From: Candidatus Woesearchaeota archaeon
GTDB lineage: Archaea; Nanobdellota; Nanobdellia; Pacearchaeales; GW2011-AR1
Direction of reading: 5' to 3'
Length of the DNA: 13,429 nucleotides
Assembly (NCBI GenBank): GCA_964357045.1
Contig: CAYHJV010000011.1
Coordinates: 1-13,429, forward strand
Part shown: one piece after another, positions 1 to 5,827 of the stretch
How positions within the stretch are numbered: position 1 is the first letter of the stretch
How the letters are laid out: each line of letters opens with the position of its first letter
Translations under genes and position numbers: made by a program
The notes under the pieces: generated by a model
Told to the model about the DNA's origin: nothing
Seen by the model: only the letters and a program-made list of their open reading frames with translations
The model's database searches: none

Positions 1-935
1 TTTAATTGCTCTCCTTCCAGTCTTGAAAATATAGGGAAAAGCGCCACTGATAATGCTGTAAAAGCAGTGGCCGGACTTATCAAAAAGAAGGCAGCCGAAT
101 AGTAACCTATAAATTCAGGCGTGACAAATTTTCCAAGAAGGATTATATCAATCTGATCTAAAATTGTATAAAAAATAAGGGAGATTGAAAGAGGAGCAAT
201 AAATTTTTTTACATCCTTCTTCTCATTATCATTGAGTGGTTCGGCGCTAGTTTTCAGAAATGCTATTTTCTTTTTTGCTAGAAATATGAAAAAAATTAAA
301 GCGAGAGTATACGGTAAGAAAATTATCAATACAACTCCCATTACAGCTATTTCTTGAGTCAAGGCATACTTTAGTAGTATAATAATTAAAACAGGCGCTA
401 GTAAAATTCTAGCAATCTGAAAGAATAATTCTTTAAGGAAAATCCCATGAAACTGATTTGTCGATCGAAAAACACTTTCTATAAAACCTATTATACTCAG
501 GATAATTATAAACAAAGATCCTGCCAATAATGCTAAAAATATTGGTTTTTGATAATATGTTGTCGCAATAAATTTTGCAGAGACTATTAGTACTAAAAAA
601 CTTATCACCGTTATAAAAATTTTTATCTTGAGTAAATAAGAATAATATGATTTTGCCTTTTTTTCATCACTTTTAGCTAAAGCCATGGAAACAAAACGGG
701 TTAAAGCTGTTCCAACTCCCATATCTGCAAAGCTTATGAATGTAAAAATAGTGAAGAAAACCAAACTGTACAAGCCAAATAATTCAGGCATTAAGATTCT
801 TGCTATGATGGCTGTAAAAATTAGACTGCCAATTTTTGTTACAATAGTTGTAGAGATTTGATGCGTACTATTTTTTATTGCTAATCCAGAGTTCCCCCTA
901 AGCGTCTTTTCCTTAAATTTTTTAAAAACATTCAT
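1..935 (-). CDS. Wzx-type polysaccharide/oligosaccharide flippase (MOP superfamily, Polysacc_synt-like). N-terminal 311 codons only; the 3' end lies beyond the window start
   Basis: Not in the supplied ORF track. I translated the minus strand codon by codon. The ATG is the complement of 933-935, the upstream in-frame stop is at 951-953, and there is no stop down to base 3. The product begins MNVFKKFKEKTLRGNSGLAIKNSTHQISTTIVTKIGSLIFTAIIARILMPELFGLYSLVFF... and continues as successive hydrophobic helices. This is the usual N-terminal pattern of Wzx/RfbX-family flippases. Confidence 0.8.
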   Translation of the reverse strand, partial: MNVFKKFKEKTLRGNSGLAIKNSTHQISTTIVTKIGSLIFTAIIARILMPELFGLYSLVFFTIFTFISFADMGVGTALTRFVSMALAKSDEKKAKSYYSYLLKIKIFITVISFLVLIVSAKFIATTYYQKPIFLALLAGSLFIIILSIIGFIESVFRSTNQFHGIFLKELFFQIARILLAPVLIIILLKYALTQEIAVMGVVLIIFLPYTLALIFFIFLAKKKIAFLKTSAEPLNDNEKKDVKKFIAPLSISLIFYTILDQIDIILLGKFVTPEFIGYYSAAFFLISPATAFTALSVALFPIFSRLEGEQL

Positions 936-1088
936 CTTAATTATATTAAGTCAAATATACCGCCTTTGAAGGTCCTCTTTTCCTTTCTTCATAAATGCAA
1001 AAATCCATATAAAAACTCTTTGGATCTGAAATCTATATTAGAATTTTTCTTACACAAATCTTTTAAATGCTCTCTAAATGTTCATAAG
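936..1088. promoter_or_regulatory. Divergent intergenic region that should hold promoters for the flippase (-) and the TagF-like gene (+)
   Basis: This is 153 bp of non-coding AT-rich DNA between two divergently oriented genes. It contains a small palindrome, CTTAAT-TAT-ATTAAG, at 936-950. I cannot assert any specific -35/-10 or TATA element. Confidence 0.3.
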
Positions 1089-2852
1089 ATGCCTAAAGTA
1101 GGAAAAAAATTAGCTTTTTTGGAAAATGAAGACCAAGCTAAAAGTTACTTAAAAAATAAAATCAGATTTGAAAAAACTCTCCCTATAACGTTTTCTTTTG
1201 GACCAGAGCAGTTGTTAGATCTTCATAATATAGATTATAAAAAAGAGGAAGAATATGAAAAAAATCTAATTTACTCAGGAATTCATTTAGAATCTATGAA
1301 GGAGGCCAAAAAAATTTGTGATGTTCTAAAAATTAGATATAGGGGTATTGAACTTACTCCCTTATTTTATATGGAAATCTATCTAACTTTAGTTTCTTCG
1401 AAAAAGTTTTTGAGATTATTAAGCAAAATAATAAAAAAAGAGGCCCCAAAAGAAATAATTGTATTAAAAAATAATTCACTAGGGCCATCAGAAGAAGAAT
1501 TTTGTTCAAAAATTGTAAGCAACATTTTTAAAGGTAAGATCAGTTTTCATGCCTACTATTCAACTAATAAAAAGAATCCGAGAAATAATCTGCTTGTCAA
1601 GGGTTTTAGTTCTTTACAAAAAAAATTCACAAAAGCATTAATAAATTTTACAGGAGAATTAGATAACAATATATTTATGTCAGGGGGGAATTTATATTTT
1701 AAACCAATTGTAGATTTATTATCTTTAAACAAAAAAAATAGATTTTTTACTTTTGATAGTCAATTGAGAAAAAGTTTTTTTTCCAATAAAAGATATGTTC
1801 CTTTTTATGAGTTTTCCGGAAAGGAGTGTCCAAAACAAGAATTATTAAAGAAAGACCTACTAAATTTAAAGAAAAAGGTAATAGAATTAAACTTTTATAA
1901 AGAATTTGGAGTCAATAAGGGAATAGAAAAAATTTTGAAGGACAAATTAATTTTTTTAATTGAAACTAAGTTTTTTTGGATTTCTAGAAAAATAGAAGAG
2001 ATTCATAGTTTAATGAAAAAAAATAAAATAAATCTAATTTTACTAGCGAGCGATAACTCCTTTTTTGAAATAGCAATATTGGAAGTTGCAAAAATTTTTA
2101 AGATTCCTTCAATTGTCATTCAACACGCAATTAATTGCACCGAAATCGCTTTTCCTAGAAATTCTGAATATATTTTTGTTTTTGGTTCAGAAACAAAAAA
2201 ATGGTTAGTTAATAATATCTCCAAAAAAAATAAAATATTTGTTATTGGTTGTCCAAGGTATGATAAATTTATTTCTAAGAAAAAGAAAAAAAGAAGCGAA
2301 AAATCAATTTTGTATATAATGGAGGCAACAAATAGCAATAAATTTTTCCCTGAAAGAAGTCTTACAAAAAAAAGACAAAAACAACTCTTAAAAATGCTTT
2401 TTAAAGTTTTAAAAAAATTTCCAGAATATAAATTTATCATAAAAACTCGTTCCAATTGGGATATGGCAAAATTGCCTTCTATAATGGCAAAACAAGAAGG
2501 ATTTACAAACTTAGAGATTATTGAAAAAACGGACAATTTAGAATTACTTAACAATTCCGAGATTGTTATTATTAATCATACAACAATGGGTATTGAAGCT
2601 CTTTTATTAAATAAACCAGTTATTTCAATTTCATTTAAGGACTTGGATGATGGTAACCCTTATAAAAAAATGAAGATTGTTGATACTTGTTATAATGAAA
2701 AACAACTTGAAAGTGCAATAACAAAAAATAAAAATCAAAATAAATGGGATATTTCAAACAGAGGAAAAATCTTGAAAAATTATCTTCTTAATGATGGACA
2801 CGCATCTAAAAGGGCAGTGTACCTTGCAAACAATATACTTCAAAAAAATTAA
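1089..2852 (+). CDS. Large GT-B-fold transferase. The C-terminal half is TagB/TagF-like (CDP-glycerol glycerophosphotransferase-type); the N-terminal ~310 aa are unassigned
   Basis: The track ORF is 966-2852, but it opens with TTG and the first in-frame ATG is at 1089 (MPKVGKKLAF...). The C-terminal half has the TagF-family order of motifs: FVIGCPRYDKF (compare GxPRxD), then KSILYIMEATNS (compare ILYAPTxR), then a Rossmann-like block EIVIINHTTMGIEALLLNKPVISI. The stop is TAA at 2850-2852. Confidence 0.65.
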   Translation: MPKVGKKLAFLENEDQAKSYLKNKIRFEKTLPITFSFGPEQLLDLHNIDYKKEEEYEKNLIYSGIHLESMKEAKKICDVLKIRYRGIELTPLFYMEIYLTLVSSKKFLRLLSKIIKKEAPKEIIVLKNNSLGPSEEEFCSKIVSNIFKGKISFHAYYSTNKKNPRNNLLVKGFSSLQKKFTKALINFTGELDNNIFMSGGNLYFKPIVDLLSLNKKNRFFTFDSQLRKSFFSNKRYVPFYEFSGKECPKQELLKKDLLNLKKKVIELNFYKEFGVNKGIEKILKDKLIFLIETKFFWISRKIEEIHSLMKKNKINLILLASDNSFFEIAILEVAKIFKIPSIVIQHAINCTEIAFPRNSEYIFVFGSETKKWLVNNISKKNKIFVIGCPRYDKFISKKKKKRSEKSILYIMEATNSNKFFPERSLTKKRQKQLLKMLFKVLKKFPEYKFIIKTRSNWDMAKLPSIMAKQEGFTNLEIIEKTDNLELLNNSEIVIINHTTMGIEALLLNKPVISISFKDLDDGNPYKKMKIVDTCYNEKQLESAITKNKNQNKWDISNRGKILKNYLLNDGHASKRAVYLANNILQKN

Positions 2853-2873
2853 ACTTTAAATTTAATTATAGAG

Positions 2874-3680
2874 TTACCATGCAGTCCAACCACCATCAAA
2901 AACTAAATTAGCCCCGTTCATGTATTTGGAAGCATCCGAAAACAAAAATAATATCGCCCCAACATACTCGTCTTTTTCAGCCATTCTTCCCAACATTGTT
3001 TTGTTATTATAATTTTTATGGAACTCAGCATCCTGATTATTGAAAACACCTCCCGGGGTAAAAGTGTTTACTCTTACATTATTTTTATGCCAATATGACG
3101 CTAACCATCTGGTCATGTTAAGGACTCCTCCTTTTGTTGTTGCGTACGCAAGATTAGAATTAATCCCAGAATTTCCATAGATTCTCTGATCCGCACCAAC
3201 CACTCCATAAATTGAAGACACATTCACAATTACTCCTCCTCCATTTTCAGCCATCCACTCTCCAATTATTTTTACACACAAAAAGATGCCCGTTAAATTT
3301 ACTGCTAAAAATTTATCCCATTCATCAAGCGGAAAGTTACTCAATGGACCATGAACTAAAGGGGTTTGGGCTTGAGGATTATAACAAGCATTATTTAAAA
3401 GGCCATCAACTTTTTCGAACCTTTCTATTGTCTTTCTTAAAATATTCTTGACTTGATCCTCATTTGTTATGTCTGCTTTAATTAACAACACATTCTCATT
3501 CACCTGTTTTTCTAAATTATCTAACGCCTCCTCATTTATGTCTACTCCAACGATTTTAGATCCTAATTCACTTAAAGACTTGACGTAAACCTGTCCAAGC
3601 AATCCAGTAGCTCCAGTTATTATTATAACTTTATCTTTAATGGTTAATTTATCATTATAAAAATCATCTTTAAATGACAT
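2874..3680 (-). CDS. Classical short-chain dehydrogenase/reductase (SDR family oxidoreductase), PtmA-like by context
   Basis: The 268-aa ORF has the cofactor motif TGATGLLG, an NNAC motif (compare NNAG), the catalytic Ser in VNVSSIYG, and YATTK (YxxxK). It lies divergent to the cytidylyltransferase gene. Confidence 0.9.
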   Translation of the reverse strand: MSFKDDFYNDKLTIKDKVIIITGATGLLGQVYVKSLSELGSKIVGVDINEEALDNLEKQVNENVLLIKADITNEDQVKNILRKTIERFEKVDGLLNNACYNPQAQTPLVHGPLSNFPLDEWDKFLAVNLTGIFLCVKIIGEWMAENGGGVIVNVSSIYGVVGADQRIYGNSGINSNLAYATTKGGVLNMTRWLASYWHKNNVRVNTFTPGGVFNNQDAEFHKNYNNKTMLGRMAEKDEYVGAILFLFSDASKYMNGANLVFDGGWTAW

Positions 3681-3857
3681 ATCCTAGCTTACTTTAGACA
3701 TTTTATAAGTTTTTCTATTTTCAAGATGAAGTATCCTCTTGTCAATATTATATTAATATTACCTCTCAATTTTATACCAAAAGATTTATTTAGGGGGAAA
3801 ATTTTAACTGGTACATCCTCAAATAAAAACAAATGAATTTTTTGCGAAAAAACTAAA
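3681..3857. promoter_or_regulatory. Divergent intergenic region between the SDR gene (-) and the cytidylyltransferase operon (+)
   Basis: This is 177 bp of non-coding DNA between divergent starts. It contains a perfect inverted repeat, AATATTA-TAT-TAATATT, at 3744-3760. I cannot support a specific promoter motif. Confidence 0.3.
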
Positions 3858-4610
3858 ATGAAAATTCTGGCTTTAATTCCTGCACGTGGTGGAAGTAAGA
3901 GCATCCCTAAAAAGAATATTGCTCTTCTTGGAGAGTATCCTCTTTTAGCATATTCTATTGCTGCTGCGAAGCAATCAAAATTAATAAACAGAATCATCGT
4001 TACTACTGATGATTTAGAAATTGCAACCATTTCTAAAACTTTTCAGGCAGAAGCACCCTTTCTAAGACCTACAGGAATAGCAAAAGATTCTTCATTGGAC
4101 GCAGAATTTTTTATTCATGCTTTAGAGTGGTTAGAAAAAAATGAAGGATACATTCCCGATCTAATTGTAAATTTAAGACCAACAACCCCCTTAAGAGACT
4201 ATGTAGTCATTGATGATGCTATTATGAAAATCATAAATGATCGGAAAGCCACATCCTTAAGAAGTGCACATATTTTTGAGGATACTGGATACAAGTTATT
4301 TACAATAAAAAATAACTATTGCTACTTCTTTGGAAAAGAGGATTTTAAAAATGATGAATCTCATATCCTTCCAAGGCAAATATTGCCAGCAACCTATAAA
4401 CCAAATGGTTATGTTGATGTTATTATCCCAAAAAAATTTAAAGAGGATAGGGTATTATATGGAAAAAATATTTATCCATTTATAACTGAGAAGACAATAG
4501 ATATAGATTCTCCTAATGACCTAAATCAGGTCAGAAAGATTCTTAAAAGCCCTATAGCGAGTGCACTAATTCACAAAATAAAAGAATTAGAGAATTCAAA
4601 CATTAAATAA
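3858..4610 (+). CDS. Acylneuraminate cytidylyltransferase family protein (CMP-nonulosonic acid synthetase, NeuA/PtmB/LegF-like)
   Basis: The 250-aa ORF starts MKILALIPARGGSKSIPKKNI, the signature N-terminus of the CMP-NeuAc/CMP-Kdo synthetase-type cytidylyltransferases. Further on are IIVTTDD, FLRP...AKD and VNLRPTTPLR. It has the cytidylyltransferase domain only, with no C-terminal esterase or phosphatase extension. Confidence 0.9.
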   Translation: MKILALIPARGGSKSIPKKNIALLGEYPLLAYSIAAAKQSKLINRIIVTTDDLEIATISKTFQAEAPFLRPTGIAKDSSLDAEFFIHALEWLEKNEGYIPDLIVNLRPTTPLRDYVVIDDAIMKIINDRKATSLRSAHIFEDTGYKLFTIKNNYCYFFGKEDFKNDESHILPRQILPATYKPNGYVDVIIPKKFKEDRVLYGKNIYPFITEKTIDIDSPNDLNQVRKILKSPIASALIHKIKELENSNIK

Positions 4611-4619
4611 ATTTATATA

Positions 4620-5624
4620 ATGAAAATACTTTTTATTGGTCTAGGTTCTATTGGACAAAGGCATTTACAAAATCTAAGAAGAATAAGCAATGATAACGAA
4701 CTTTTTGCTTTGAGAAAATTTAACACAGACAAAATAATAAACAATTTTAAAACGTTCGACGTTAAAAGTTTATCTGAATTTTATGGAATTAAGACGGTTT
4801 ATTCACTAGAAGAAGCAAAAAAAATAAAGCCAGATGTTGTTTTTATCACTAATCCTACTTCACAACATATAAAAATTGCCTTAGATTTTGCAAGGGTTGG
4901 GAGCCATCTATTTATAGAAAAGCCATTAGGAAGTGACCTTAAATACCTAGACGAACTACAAAGAGTTATTTCTCAGAAAAAATTAATCACAATGGTCGGT
5001 TACCAAACAAGATTTAATCCAATTATAAAAAAGGTTAAAAAAATAATTCAAAAAAATCTAAAGAAAATTATTAGTGCTAGTTTCGAATGGAATAACTTTC
5101 TTCCTTTATACCACCAATATGAAAATTATTCAGAAAGTTATGCTGCAAAAGAATCGTTAGGTGGAGGGGTTACTTTAACTCTAATTCATGAAATCGACTT
5201 AATTTATAATCTGTTTGGACTACCAGAGAAAATTTTTGCATGGGGGGGAAAACTAAGCAACTTAAAAATAAACACTGAAGACACTATAATGTCCATCTTG
5301 AAATATAAATTAGTTGGAAGAAACATTTTTATCTATCTAAATTTATCTTTCGCTCAAACAAAAGAAACTAGAAAATTCAAGATACAATTCACCGATCTCA
5401 CTCTTTTTGTAGATCTCTTAGAAAATAGTTATGAGCTGTATGGTCAAAAAGGGAACCTAATAGAAAAGCATAAAGAGAATATATTGAGGAACGATTTATT
5501 TGTCAATGAATTAAGCTATTTTCTAGAATGCCTTAAAAAACAAAAAAATACTTTTATTGGAGTAGATGAAGGAAGAAAAAGTTTAGAAATTGCCTTAAAA
5601 ATTAAGAAATTAATAAGTGAATAA
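4620..5624 (+). CDS. Gfo/Idh/MocA family NAD(P)-dependent oxidoreductase (PtmF-like by context)
   Basis: The 334-aa ORF has the N-terminal Rossmann motif MKILFIGLGSIGQRHL and the family EKP motif in HLFIEKPL. It starts 9 nt after the cytidylyltransferase stop, which suggests co-transcription. Confidence 0.85.
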   Translation: MKILFIGLGSIGQRHLQNLRRISNDNELFALRKFNTDKIINNFKTFDVKSLSEFYGIKTVYSLEEAKKIKPDVVFITNPTSQHIKIALDFARVGSHLFIEKPLGSDLKYLDELQRVISQKKLITMVGYQTRFNPIIKKVKKIIQKNLKKIISASFEWNNFLPLYHQYENYSESYAAKESLGGGVTLTLIHEIDLIYNLFGLPEKIFAWGGKLSNLKINTEDTIMSILKYKLVGRNIFIYLNLSFAQTKETRKFKIQFTDLTLFVDLLENSYELYGQKGNLIEKHKENILRNDLFVNELSYFLECLKKQKNTFIGVDEGRKSLEIALKIKKLISE

Positions 5625-5827
5625 AATATATTTTATAAAAAAGAAAAACTATATATTCTACTTCCTCAAAATTTATAAACCTTTAATTTTTTTTATTGCA
5701 ACTTGCTAGATTTTAAAATGCCAAAGGATATTTGATTTAATTCCTACTTTGAGAATGTGACTTATTTAAATTATCTTAAAAAAATAGAATTTTTTAATAA
5801 AAAAGTGGAAAGAAATTGTGGTACAAG
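5625..5827 (+). promoter_or_regulatory. Unusually long (203 bp) same-strand intergenic spacer upstream of the NeuB-fusion gene; probable separate promoter
   Basis: The spacer is very AT-rich; I counted 9 G+C in 5761-5820. It holds a sigma70-like candidate, TTGAGA (5749-5754) - 17 nt - TATCTT (5772-5777), and a TATA-like TTTTTAATAAAAAA at about 5790-5804. Matches like these occur easily by chance in DNA this AT-rich. Confidence 0.25.

Noticed and set aside
966-1088. TTG-initiated 41-codon N-terminal extension of the TagF-like ORF, as given in the track
   Set aside because: The extension (KVLFSFLHKCKNPYKNSLDL...) runs through the divergent promoter region and has no ATG. The first ATG at 1089 is the more conservative start. 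I cannot exclude the longer form.
2120-2554. 144-aa minus-strand ORF inside the TagF-like gene
   Set aside because: It lies entirely antisense to a longer ORF with recognisable motifs. The product is low-complexity and Phe/Leu/Ile-rich, as expected from reading an A-rich coding strand backwards.
3212-3451. 79-aa plus-strand ORF inside the SDR gene
   Set aside because: It is antisense to a strongly motif-supported SDR and has no recognisable features of its own.
3744-3760. AT-only palindromes in the divergent promoter regions (AATATTA-TAT-TAATATT here; CTTAAT-TAT-ATTAAG at 936-950, sharing TTATATTAA) as a possible common operator
   Set aside because: At ~75% AT, an AT-only 9-mer is expected several times by chance in 13 kb on two strands. 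The motif is absent from the third divergent region (12871-13000). That is not enough to call a regulator site.
3730-3944. 11-bp direct repeat AGTATCCTCTT at 3730-3740 and 3934-3944
   Set aside because: A single 11-mer pair is within chance expectation for a 13-kb AT-biased sequence. One copy lies inside conserved coding sequence.
3689-4030. 113-aa minus-strand ORF spanning the SDR/cytidylyltransferase intergenic region
   Set aside because: Its first ~58 codons are antisense to the highly conserved N-terminus of the cytidylyltransferase. The rest runs through AT-rich promoter DNA. It has no motif support.
5622-5635. Perfect 14-bp palindrome TAAAATATATTTTA overlapping the Gfo/Idh/MocA stop codon, as a possible terminator
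   Set aside because: The stem would be all A-T with no loop and no following T-run on the coding strand. It would be too unstable to act as an intrinsic terminator.
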